64,000 nucleotides of DNA from Azolla caroliniana (Eukaryota > Plantae > Polypodiophyta), in assembly GCA_043228905.1 (NCBI GenBank), contig JBHGNT010000020.1, positions 2,728,001 through 2,792,000 of the forward strand. The letters run 5' to 3'. A program made the translations under genes and the position numbers. Below the pieces are notes generated by a model, which saw only the letters and a list, made by a program, of their open reading frames with translations, was not told the DNA's origin and did not search any database. Of the stretch, positions 24,470-36,300 are shown piece after piece (the first letter of the stretch is position 1; every line of letters begins with the position of its first letter).

Positions 24470-25115
24470 CCCATTTAGCTAATTAGCTATTGAGCTAAAG
24501 TATTGTAGTAGCTAATTAGCTACCACTTAGCTAATTAGTTACTCAACTAAACTGTGATAGTAGATAATTAGCTACTATATTCAACTATGGTAGTAGCTAA
24601 TTAGCTACCACTTAGCTAATTAGTTACTCAACTAAACTGTGATAGTAGATAATTAGCTACTGTATTCAACTATGGTAGTAGCTAATTAGCTACCACTTAG
24701 CTACTTAGTTACTCAACTAAACTATGGTAGTAGCTAATTAGCTACCACTTAGCTAATTAGTTACTCAACTAAACTGTGATAGTAGATAATTAGCTACTAT
24801 ATTCAACTATGGTAGTAGCTAATTAGCTACCACTTAGCTAATTAGTTACTCAACTAAACTGTGATAGTAGATAATTAGCTACTGTATTCAACTATGGTAG
24901 TAGCTAATTAGCTACCACTTAGCTACTTAGTTACTCAACTAAACTATGGTAGTAGCTAATTAGCTACTGTACTAAACTATGGTAGTAGCTAATTGGCTAC
25001 CACTTAGCTAATTAGCTACTTAGCTAAAGTATGGTAGTAGCTAATTAGCTACCACTTAGCTAATTAACTACATGTTAGGTAATTAGCTACTACACTACAA
25101 CCATAATAGCTAAAT
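24470..25115. repeat. Second TAGCTAATTAGCTA palindromic array (probably intronic)
   Basis: Homogeneous higher-order repeats with the same core as 21600-22650. Confidence 0.95.
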
Positions 25116-25194
25116 AGTTTCCACACTTTATACAACTTACCTAATTAGCAAAGATGGAACAAATTAGCTACATTATGGTCACAAGCAGCAATTT

Positions 25195-25390
25195 TACCTG
25201 TGTGTTTTCTCCACTCATATGGGAGAGTTGTACTGCAATCCCCCAAACAGAATGCAACAATGCGACAACCATATTGAAAACAAACGATATGGTATGTGTG
25301 CTGGCATGGTTGTAGGTGAACCAAAAGAGTCGAAGATTTGTCCTCTACACGTAATCCACAAGCGATGTAATGTGCTTGAACAGTCAATAT
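25195..25390 (-). pseudogene. RING-H2 finger exon
   Basis: (Y)IACG...PCQHTYHIVC...CLGDCSTTLPYEW followed by a CAG|GTAAAA donor. Confidence 0.7.
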
Positions 25391-25786
25391 TCGTTTCCTG
25401 GTTCTCCTTCATTTGGTAAGGGAGCAAGAATGTTCAGGTCCAATTCTTGTCTGCACCTTACCATCCCCTCTACAAAATGTAGCTGCTTCTTAAGGCAGCT
25501 AACTACTTGTTCCTTCAACGCATCCGAGAAATTTACCGATTAATTATTCCTTAATGAGGAAGATACAACAACAAGAAACAAGAATTATTAACTTACTTGT
25601 AGCTTTTCCAAATTGTAATCAGCGACAATATTTACACCTAGAAGGTCCAGGTTCATTGAAAGAACTTAGATCTCTATCTGCAGTTAAATTTTCCCCTGGG
25701 GATCCATCGACTCCTCAATTTCAAGTTCATGTTGAGCAACCTATTCCAGATAATACCTCAGTAGCACATTTTCATGTACAAGTTAT

Positions 25787-26490
25787 TTATAACATATTAC
25801 ATGCTAGCAAAACAATAGATACCTGAATCTTATTTCTGATTGTTGTCGCTACCAAAGTGACGTTGCTCTCCATTGCAACATCCAATGTTGCTTTCTCTAA
25901 ATCAGTCTTAAAAAACTCCAATGTCTCACAAGCTTCATGGACATTTCTTAGCATATAGCTAATCAATGTCTCACTTGTATGATCGACATTGGCTTTCATT
26001 ATGTGTTGGTGTGGCGTATACTTGTGGGTTTGTTGGGAGTCAGCAGTTGCATCATCAACTGCCATGCTCCAATATTGCCTTTTTTTTTTGCAAGCTCCCC
26101 ATCTTCCGACAGCTTTCTACCGATGCCTCACCATAAATTGCCCAAGCTACCCTATACATCTCAGGGTCACGAGATTCCTTCATTGTTTTGCAAAAGCTCT
26201 AGCAAATGAAACGGACAACGCGTTGTTGACCAGGATCTCTTGATGTACTTTCTGGTGCAGTCTCATGCAATCGTCATACAGTTCCGATCATACATGCTGG
26301 AGCTTGACATTGCCTTTCACTCTAGGCACTTTATATACTGACATCCAGTCTACATCACTAATCAATCTATCTATTAGAACATCAGGGTCAATACCCTCGA
26401 GCGACAGACCATATCTGTTGTTAAAGTCCTCCTTTGTCTCGCAAAATTTTGCGAAATTCAGCACTCTAGGATAGGGAGGAACAAGCCACC
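25787..26490 (-). pseudogene. N-terminal exon(s) of the cargo gene: unknown FARAFA-motif domain + helical region
   Basis: TTTTAG acceptor near 26491; translation WLVPPYP...NNALSVSFARAFAKQ...RVAWAIY with stops and a frameshift. Confidence 0.55.
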
Positions 26491-27408
26491 TAAAATAGAA
26501 AATCAGTAATCAAAATTGGTGCAAAAACAGAATTTTTAATGTGAATTTGGTGCAAAATTACAACACTTTGAGATAGTAATTTGAAATTTGTAATCTGTCC
26601 TTTTCAACATGTATCAAAAATCAACCACTTAAAAAATCAGAAACCCTAATCAAAATTTGTCATGAGAATTGGTGCAAAATTACAACACATTGCGACAGTA
26701 ATTAGAAATTTGTAATTAGAAATTTGTAGCCAGAAACTTGTAATCAAAAATTTGTAATCAGAAACCCTAAACCACTTAAGGGAAACACAAACCCTAATCA
26801 TCACTAAAGGCAGAAATCAACCGCACTACAATATTCTGTCAATCAGAAACACACCTGTTGCTACACCCCGATCTTCGAGACATCCTTGTTTGGGACTCCA
26901 ACGACTTCACCCTATTCGATTTTTGGCAAAGATGACCAGGCACCAAAGTTATAGACAGTTATCAGAAAGGAAAACAAAAGTTTCAGAAAGGAAAAAAAAA
27001 GTTTTTTTAATATGTAGTTGATACATACCTGGACGAGGATCGATTTTCTCGTCAGTTGTAGCTTTGAAGGTACAATGTCGATCTTAGAGTTTTTTTGCTG
27101 CTGCGAGGGCTTCGTTTGCATTCATGCTCAGAGTACTCCATCTGTTTGGAGTTTGAACTTGAACTCAGGATTATCAAGAATTTGATGACATTCAAGTCGA
27201 CCTTAGATGATGGCACCATTCCCCATGTTCCATTACGTTAGAAACCAAAGTTCAAATATTTGAGTATTCTCATAAATTAAATGACATGTATTTAACTAAT
27301 AAAACATAAAATTTCGTAAACCATCCTTATGATTTTCCCACAAAAAACTAGCTAAAAAAATAGCTAATTAGTTGTGGCCATTTCAGTAGCTAATTAGCTA
27401 TAATAGTG

Positions 27409-30114
27409 TTTCCACTCGCATGCTTTTACCCGCATAATGCCTCTTGGAGCAATCCAATGAGGACAGCTACTGACTCACTACCGTCCAAGTATGAAGGCTT
27501 TAAGGATGTATTTGAGAAAAAGAATGTTGATCACTTTCCTGAGCATCGACGCTATGATTGTCTGATCGATCTACAAGAAGGTGCCAGTCCTCCCTTTGGC
27601 CCAATTTATGGGTTGTCGGAACCAGAACTCCAGGCACTCCGAACGTATCTCAACAAGAACCTTGAAAAGGTTTTTATTAAACCCTCAAAATCACCAGCAG
27701 GAGTTCCTATTTTGTTCGTGAAAAAGAAAGATGGATCCTTACGCCTCTGCGTCGACTATAGCCCGGTCTAAACAAGATTACTGTTCGCAACCGCTACCCA
27801 CTACCTCTCATCCCAAAGCTGTTGGATCGACTCCGGTCTGGGAAGATCTTCTCCAAGATTGACCTATGTGGATCATACAATTTGGTGTGGATCAAACCTG
27901 GAGATGAATGGAAAACCGCCTTTAGAACATGCTACGTAAATTTCAAGTATAAGGTAATGCCTTTCGGCCTCACTAATGCTCCTGCAGTATTTCAGCATAT
28001 GATGAATGACATATTCCGAGAATATCTAGATCACTTTGTTATGACCTATCTAGATGATATCTTGGTCTTCTCTTTGAACATCAAGGAGCATACTCGACAT
28101 GTCAGGTTAGTCATTGCCAAACTTCGCGACCACGGACTCTATGCTAAAAGTGAAAAATGTGAATTTGATCGTACTTATGTAGATTTTCTTGGGTATGTCA
28201 TTGTGACACAAGGAATCACAATGGACACACGAAAGTCAAGATGATCCAAGAGTGGGCTGTCCCAACTCGAGTACGAGATGTGCAATCATTCAGTGGTTTT
28301 GCCAATTTTTATCGTCGCTTCATCAAAGGATTCTCAGTGATCACACAACCTCTCATTGCTCTTACCCGCAAGGATGCTACTTTTGAATGGACAACAGTTG
28401 CCAAAAGGCATACGACTTGTTGAAACAAGCCTTTACTATGGCACCAGTCCTTTTACATCCTGGCCCAACTAAGCCTTTCCAAGTCGAAACGGATGCTTCC
28501 GATTTCGCCATTGGGGTGATCCTCTCCCAGCCAGATGAGGTCGGTGATCCTCTCCTCATCATCGACCATATGGTCTCCTTCGCCCTCTCCCAATCTCCAA
28601 AGGGCCTTGGGCCTCTCTTTCCATGGATTTCATCACTAACCTTCCCTTTGTTGGTGGTTATGACTCAGTATTCGTCATGGTCGATCACTTCACCAAGATG
28701 GCTCATTTTGCTCCATGTGCCAAAACCATTACCAGAGAGGAGACAACCGATTTGTTTTTCAAAAATGTGCTTCGACTACATGGACTCCCAAACGATAGAA
28801 ATTTTGATAGAGGGCCACAATTTGTTTCTAATGCGGTGCTTATCATCCGCAAACCGATGGAAAAATGAGCGGGTTAACCAAGTCTTGGAACAATACTTGC
28901 GGTGCTCTCTTAGTTACCAAAAAGACAACTGGGTTGACCTTCTCCCACTTGCCAAGTTCGCCTATAACAACTCTCTGCATGCATCTACGGGAGTTACTCC
29001 ACCAACTACGGTCTCCACCCCCGCTTCAACATTTCGCTTCCCTCTGACTCTGTCAATCCTTCTGTGGAGTACTAGGCGTCTCTTGGAGGATGTACATCAC
29101 GATCTTTCCTTGGAGCTCACCCTCGCTAGCTAATGCTCCAAGGAGGAAGTTGACCGTCATCCCTTAGATGCTCCCCAGTTCGAGGTAGGAGACTTTGTTT
29201 GGTTTCTCTGTCACAATATTGCCACCACTCGTCCTTGTCCAAAGCTTGATTGCAAGAAGTTAGGCCCTTTCCAAGTCATTGAAAAAATTGGTTCTATGGT
29301 TGTCCGCTTAATGTATCCCACTTTCGTATTCATAATGTATTCCATGTCTCCCTTCTAAAACCTCGCCATATATCTGAAATCCCCGGTCGACACCCAACTC
29401 CTCCACCACCAATCTAGCTCTCAACCGGTGAAGAATATGAGGTTGACCAAATTCTCGACTCTTTTCTCTTCCGTCGCCAGCTTCAATACCTTGTCCTCTG
29501 GAAATAGTACATGATCTCTGAAGCAACAAGGGAGCCGGCACATCATCTCAAGCATGCCCTGGACATTGTTCGAGCATTTCATGAACGTTATCCACAAAAA
29601 CCGGCCGCGGCCTTAGAGGGAGGATAATGTCATAGACAGGATGCCACATGGAATGGTGGGGGTTGAATCCATGAACTTTTGGTCTTATTAGACAACCTTA
29701 CCAATTGAGGTACATCCATCTATGCATTATTTTATTGTGTAAGACTCAACTTATTTCATTATAAATTGATCACTAGAACTTTCAAGAACCATCTAGAGAA
29801 TGCATCTTCATGCACTCTCTAGAAGTTTCCATCCACTCTCTAGAAGTCTTCTAGCTTTCATGCATACCTCCATATTCTTGTATAAATACTGGGGTGTAGC
29901 TTGATTACAATCAAGGTGAACAACACCAATTACGAAAGCATATATAGTTCTTGTTTATTTGTCTATCCTCTCCCTTGCTTGTTCTTTTGTCTATGCTCTC
30001 TCTCCCGCTATCTCTTAATATTGAGCCTCGTCTACTTGTCCTGGACAATCTTGTGATATTGCTTATGCTCTCGCTATCTCTTAGTACTTAGCCTCATTCC
30101 ACCCGTTCGTGACA
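27409..30114 (+). mobile_element. Degenerate Ty3/gypsy chromovirus (Tcn1/Tf2-like): RT-RH-INT-chromodomain, PPT, 3' LTR 29628-30114
   Basis: LRLCVDY, VMPFGLTNAP, YLDD, ETDASD, MDFI; chromodomain EEYEVDQILDS...YLVLWK near 29430-29600; AGAGGGAGGATAA then TGTCA...TGACA. Confidence 0.92.
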
Positions 30115-32457
30115 CTTGTTGTTCGTGAAGTCGATCGATTGAAGGGAAAGGATGGCCATCAAACTCAAACTTGAAGAAGATTATGGTGCCAATGGCCTCA
30201 CCGAGGATTGGACCAAAGTCGAAAGAGTATGCCGACTACACGATAAGAGAAAGACAAGATTCTCATCGGCAACACCAGAACTCACGATGGATGGTGAAAG
30301 GAGGACGGCATGTGACTACACACTACCGCCGAAGCAAGAAAGCTCGAAGAGGGAAGCTTCGACAATACTCGACATAGAAGTCTTTATGAGAGACGCATTC
30401 AAGAACTTAAAGGCGCAAGTTGAGGTTGAAGAGAAGCTTCAAAAGCAGCAAAAACAGAGGCAGATGGTGATCGACGAAGAAAAGACCAACCAACAAATTT
30501 GGAGTAATGATATGGCCAATACAAAGGCCCAGGTTCGGTACGATAGTACCACGGGAGAAGGTGTGGAACAAACCACCTTCTCAACTTACAAAGGAACGAC
30601 GGTCAAGAGAAAGTCCGAAGACTCGAGAGTGGGAAACGCTGCTTTAAGAGTGGACGCGCATTTCGGAATACATGTGGTGTTCGAAATATCGAGTGATGAA
30701 GGTTCAAGCATGAGAAAAGCTTGCGTGATCGAGGGAGATAAAGAGAGTGAGTCAATGATGGATGGTCGTGTCGAGACTTTCCCAACACTTCATCTAGAGA
30801 CTTGGGCAATTGCGTCCGAGAGCAGAGACAGAGAGTGGTGGGGAAACAAAGATTGAAGCCAATGCGAATAACAATGTTGCGGGAAAGATGGCAATGGATG
30901 AGTCCACCGTGACGGATGGTGCCAAGGTTCTCCCCACAATTGTTCTTGAAACTTCGGCAGTTGTGCCCGAGTGCCAACAGGAGACCGGAGAGACGAAAAG
31001 TGGCAGTAGGAAATCAAAAGACCAAAACAACGATGAGGACGACGAGGAGGATGACCACAGACAAAGGGATCCCTCCACACCAATTCTGGAGACTTTGGCA
31101 ATTGTGCCCGAGAGCCAATATAAAACCGGAGAGATGGAAGGTGGCGGCAAGGAGATGAGGGTCGAAGCTAGTGCATACGGAGGAATGGTGGCCAACAAGG
31201 AGGCCAAGAACAAAGCTACAATAGAGTTCGATGAAGAGCCAAAGGGTGGCAAGAAAGGAAGAACCGAAAGACAATCCGGATGGAAGATGGCGCGGTTGGT
31301 ATTCCAACCCGAACACAAGCCGACCCGGACGTGAGCTGATGAACCGGTCCCGACCCAACCAAAACCCAGACGGAAGCCGACTCGGATGGAAGACGATTGT
31401 TTGAGTCCGATTCGGACGAATGCGAATGCGGACGAAGGCCAACCAAGCCAGAAGTGGATTGGTCGAAACCGATCCAAACATAAGTTGAGCCGGCCTAGGC
31501 AGAGGTCGAAGTAGACAAGCCGTGACACCCTTTCGAGGCTGATGAACATGAGGAAAGGCAAGCATGAGATGAGAAAGGATGATCAGAGGAAGTTTGGTGA
31601 CCAAGGAGATGGTCGGGATGAAGGCAACACATGTATGATGCATGAATGCTTACGCTCAGGAGGAGCAAAAGGGGCTATGACAAGTCATCATGGCAATGCG
31701 AAGGGCATGCGAATGATTTGGTTGATCGGGTGGCGACGATGGTTCGGGTGGAAGGAATGCATGTGCTCAAAATGGAGGAATAAGGATGGCGTGGGTGAGT
31801 CGTAAGGAAGGAAGAAATAAAAGGCCAACCACCTTTGACTCTGCCACATCACTCTTTTCTTCTTGGCACATGCTGGAGGATGTGCGGTTTAGTGGAGGTG
31901 GACATCGTGATGTTGCATGTCCAATGGGAGAAATTGTGAAATAGTGTGGTTCCACGCACATTACACAAATGATTATAAATATAAAAATTAGCCTGGGGCC
32001 TAGTGGCATTTGAGTGCATATAGAGGGGTGCAACCAAGATTTCACCCTTGCACCTCCAAGATAGAAGACATTTATCTTACCATTAGGGCTACTACCAAGT
32101 ACTTTAAATGTTATGTATTTCTTTTCATATTCAAAAGGCATAAGAAACATTCGTACAAAACCACGTTCCAATCCAATGGTTTTGTGCATGTTAGAAGCAT
32201 GGATAGACCTATAAAAACCCTTGTAAGTCTTGTGTAAGGGGGGGCTAAATATGTGATATCACCATCACCACCATCATAAATATAATACATTTTTTTCTAA
32301 TTAATCATCTTCTTTCAAGTGCATCAATTCTCTTAATCTTTTCAAGTGTGACATTGTCTTCCTCAACTCAAACATCCACATCATCAAACATCCTCCTCAG
32401 TCCAAGACCCCGGTGGTCCCGCTCAAGTAGCACATGCACACGAGCATTTTCGTGACA
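30115..32457 (+). mobile_element. Non-autonomous gypsy derivative: gag remnant, repeat-rich internal region, 3' LTR (about 31798-32457)
   Basis: GANGLTEDWTKVERVC matches the gag at 48600-48680; LTR end AGACCCCGGTGGTCCCGC...CGTGACA resembles 8277 and 48042. Confidence 0.75.
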
Positions 32458-32469
32458 ACCTTGCTTCAC

Positions 32470-32516
32470 GACTATCATAACTATAGTGTAAGAACTCGTC
32501 AAAAAATTGAATTAAT
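32470..32516 (+). repeat. Short family X fragment (insertion site of the following copia)
   Basis: CATAACTATAGTGTAAGAACTCGTCAAAAAATTGAATTAAT matches 35598-35635. Confidence 0.65.
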
Positions 32517-35252
32517 TGTTGGGAAGTCGGTCCCTCCGGATGGGATTCGGTTATGAATGAAGAGGTCTTGGTAAGAACCGGAAGAGATCAGGAAACCGGA
32601 TCGGGTGGACCCGGTGAGAACAGGAAGAGATGACATATTTGTAAATATGTTTTGAGTAAGCCTATTGAGGCTATATTTGTAAATAGCCGTAAGTTCATAT
32701 GAGTATAAATATGACTTAGGGCAATCACTTTTTGGAGTGTTGTAACTTGTCATATTGTTGTATATGCATAATTGTTGTATTGAGAGAGGAGATACAGAGC
32801 GACTTCTGTTGTAACCGCCGATTCGCGAAGACATAGAGCTCAAGGTCGTTGCCTCTGAGTCTCTGATTGTACCATTCTTATATAGTGATAGTTTGGAGCT
32901 TGTGGGCTCCCAAGGTTTTTCCCTATTAGGGTTTTCCATGTAAACATCTGGTGTATTCTCTATTGTTCGTGTGTGTACGAGTACTAATCTCCAACCCCAT
33001 TTTTGTGTTTGATTTTAAAGAAGTGATTCAAGACTCGGTCCTAGGCGAGAAATATTCTGCACTATTTCCTACAATTTGGTATTAGAGTGAACAACACAGG
33101 AAATAGAAGAATCGTTCGGCAGCATTTTCAAGCTCACCAGATCCAACTACTCAGTGTGGAAGTCGAAGGTGAGGGATATGCTGGTTGTTAAAGATCTTTG
33201 GTTGCTGGTTCAATTCAGGGCCAAGAGACCGGATAAGATTGACGCCACATTGTGGGAGGTGATGCACATGAAGAGGACGGCATACATCCGGTGCTTCATC
33301 CACATGAGCCTATACAACAATTTCAATGAAAAGAGCAAGGCATATGAACTCTGGGAGAAGATCGGCATCATGTTCCAAAACAAGAATGTTGTTAATCGGG
33401 TTTCGGTATTCGGGAAGCTAGTGAGGTTCTAGTACTAGGACGGCTCCAGTATGGCGGACCACATGAATGCCTTCTAGGGGCTGATACATCAAGCAACCTC
33501 GTTGGAAGTACCTCTCGCAAATGAGGTACTCGCATTACTCCTGCTCGGTTCCCTCCCGGATAGATGGGAGACGCTAGTTGTCACACTGGGCAACACTGGG
33601 CTGGAAGGAAAACAGTTGTACTGAGCAAGGGTAAAATCAAGCTTGCTAGATGAAGAAACTCGTCGGAAGGACCGGTAGTCTGAAACTGATCCGAAGGCCT
33701 TGGTCATGGAAGATGACCACAACCGGGGAAGAGGACGGTATCGGAGTCCCCAAAACTGGGACAAATCGGGGACGAGATCGAAGTCAAGGGGGAGGCCTAC
33801 TTGCTTCTATTGTGGGAAGTCGGGGCACTTCCGGAAGAACTATCGGCATTTCCAAAAAGAGAAAGAAACCGGCACTACCGATTCGAAGAGGGGTTCAAAC
33901 CGGAGAGGCCCGGATCGGAAGGGAACGTCGGCAATCGCGACAAGTGAAGAAGAACTGATGCTCATTATCGAGGAGAATGAGTTAAACCTTGTCGGTGACA
34001 AGACAACATGGGTTGTCGATTCCAGAGCATCGTTTCACCTGACACCGTATCGGAAATGCTTCTCATCCTACACAGCCGAAGATCCTGGTTGTGTCCGGAT
34101 GGGGAATGAAGGTACATGCCGAATTGTCGGCATAGGAGATGTGTTGTTGACAACATCAACCTAACACGTTCTGGGAGGTTCGACTGAACCTGATATCAGC
34201 CGGTTGGCTAGATGATGAAGGCTACATGGGTAACATCCGGAATGGAGTTATGAAATTCAACAAAGGAAGCCAGATTGTGGCTAGAGACTAGAAGATCAAC
34301 ACACTATATCTGATGCATGCTCGAATATGCCGGGAAGAAGTGAACGTAGCATCTAACACTACCGGTGAGCTATGGCACAAGAGACTATGTCATATGAGCT
34401 AGAAGGGGATGAGAAGACTTGCCAAAGACAACCTCATTCCAGAGGTGAAAGACGTGCAACTTGAGAAGTGCACCAATTCCCTAGCTAGAAAGCAAAACTG
34501 AACCTCCTTCCGGTCAAGACCACTAATGAGATGGAATGCACCACTAGAGCTGGTGCATACCGATGTGTGTCAAGTGGACACAAAGTCACATGCCGAATCG
34601 CAGTACTTCGTGACGTTCATAGACGACCACAGCCGGAAACTGTGGGTCTCACCGTTGAAGACAAAGGATCAGGTGTTGTCTGTCTTCAAGGAGCTACACG
34701 CGAGAGTGGAAAGAGAAACCGGTTGGAAGTTGAAGGCGGTTCGAGCAAATAACAGAGGAGAATACCGGGGGCAGTTCGAGGAGTACTGACGGTCGAAGGG
34801 AATCTGGCTCGAATTCACCGTGCCGAAGATGTCGGAATTGAACGGGTTGGTCGAAAGGATGAACCAGACCGTGATGGAGAGACATGCAAAGTTACCCAAG
34901 AATTTTTGGGCTGAGGCGCTGACAATAGCGACCTATGTGAAAAACAAATCACCCTCAATACCCTTGGACGGAGACACACCGCAAAGAGTATGGACCGGTA
35001 AAGACGTATCCTACGGGCATCTAAAGGTGTTCGGGTGTCTCGCATATGTACATGTTGCAAAGGACAAGAGAGAAAAGCTAGATCCGAAGTCCAGACCATG
35101 CATATTCCTTGGATACAGCGATGATGAGTTCGGTTACCGGGTGTGGGACCGGGTCGACAAGAAGGTGTTCGGGAGTCGACATAGTCTTCATGGAAGACAG
35201 GACCATTTCCGACTGGGAGTCGGAGAAGAAGATGATGAACTCCGGATCATCC
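32517..35252 (+). mobile_element. Truncated, degenerate copia related to 50446-55661: 5' LTR 32517-33073, PBS, gag-PR-INT
   Basis: TGTTGGG start; TGGTATTAGAG at 33077; colinear with the intact ORF up to the integrase C-terminus; many stops. Confidence 0.92.
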
Positions 35253-35560
35253 TGTTAACCGTTTCTGGGGAAAACACCTTTGATGAGCCCACATGCTATC
35301 GGTGTCAAGGGGTCGTGTTACGTGGAAGATGTTATGGGAATGAGGAGCGTACACGGGCTACAACCCGTTAGACATAGACGTGGCTCAGTTTACGAGTACG
35401 GGGAGAATACATAGATGAAGGAACAGTAAGAGCGAGACTTATATTAAATGAGAAAGCTCACAGTGATTACAGTACACGACTCTCGGCTGGAAACAGTTTG
35501 TGCAGAGCTCAGTGCTACGATATTAACCTTGCTAAATAATATCGTAAGCAAGAACTATTC
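35253..35560. other. Unassigned repeat fragment, possibly an LTR end
   Basis: Begins TGTTAAC where the copia similarity ends; no partner in the window. Confidence 0.3.
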
Positions 35561-35589
35561 AATTCCATTTGAAAAGGATATAGACCTTG

Positions 35590-36300
35590 AAAAGTTACAT
35601 AACTAGAGTGTAAGAACTCCTCGACAAATTGAATCCATATAAAACTTTGCCAAAACAACCATTTTTGCTAAAACTTAGGCTCACCTTGTGGTCACTCATG
35701 TCACAAATGCTAAAGATTAAGAACTCATGTTGATATAGATATTTGTGCACATGTAGTCCTACAGTTAAGATATATTCCTTGAAAGTAATAGATAGACCTC
35801 CAACATTCGGCAAGCACACAGTGTGTGCTTTAGAGAAATACTCCAATTGGACAAGCAAAGTTTATTCGATTTGACTCGAGAACGGCATGTTGATGTCAAC
35901 AAATTGAATTAAGATGAAGTTTTGCTCAAACTGGCTGTTTTTGTGGACTAGTTGCATTTGTATCTTAGAAAAAACTTGAGCGCAGTATTGGTTTGCTTAG
36001 ATAAAAAATCGTAAAGATTTAGGACTCAGGGTTATATGCAATAACTCAACAAGAATTTTATCTTGTACATTTTTTGTTTCTGAGACTATCCCAATCACTC
36101 GGAAGTATGCTTAAATTGCGCTTGTAGTCCAACGGTTAGGATAATTGCTTGCCAAGTAATGAACCTGAGTTCAACTCTCGAAAAGCACACACTATGTTAT
36201 TTATATCACTACTTCCTACGGAAAACAAAAAAATTTCAATTTCATTCCAAACCTTGAAAAGTTTCATAACTAGAGTGTAAGAAGTCATAACCAAATTGAT
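35590..36300 (+). repeat. Repeat family X, one unit
   Basis: Colinear with the units at 43140-43900. Confidence 0.88.

Larger units (their letters stand above)
20840..27408. mobile_element. Putative CACTA/EnSpm-type DNA transposon, left end missing
   Basis: Right end ...TAGCTAATTAGCTATAATAGTG (reverse complement CACTATTATAGC) abuts gypsy pol; subterminal palindromic motifs at 27348-27400; internal gene fragments. Confidence 0.65.

Noticed and set aside
21600-25115. Palindromic repeat arrays as a CRISPR array
   Set aside because: Inter-repeat sequences are themselves repeated rather than unique spacers, no cas genes are present, and the context is eukaryotic
26635-26800. Interstitial telomere array
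   Set aside because: Only isolated single AAACCCTAA units, not tandem
17656-35252. LTRs at 17656 and 32517 as the two ends of one element
   Set aside because: Each is followed by its own PBS and gag, so both are 5' LTRs of separate truncated insertions
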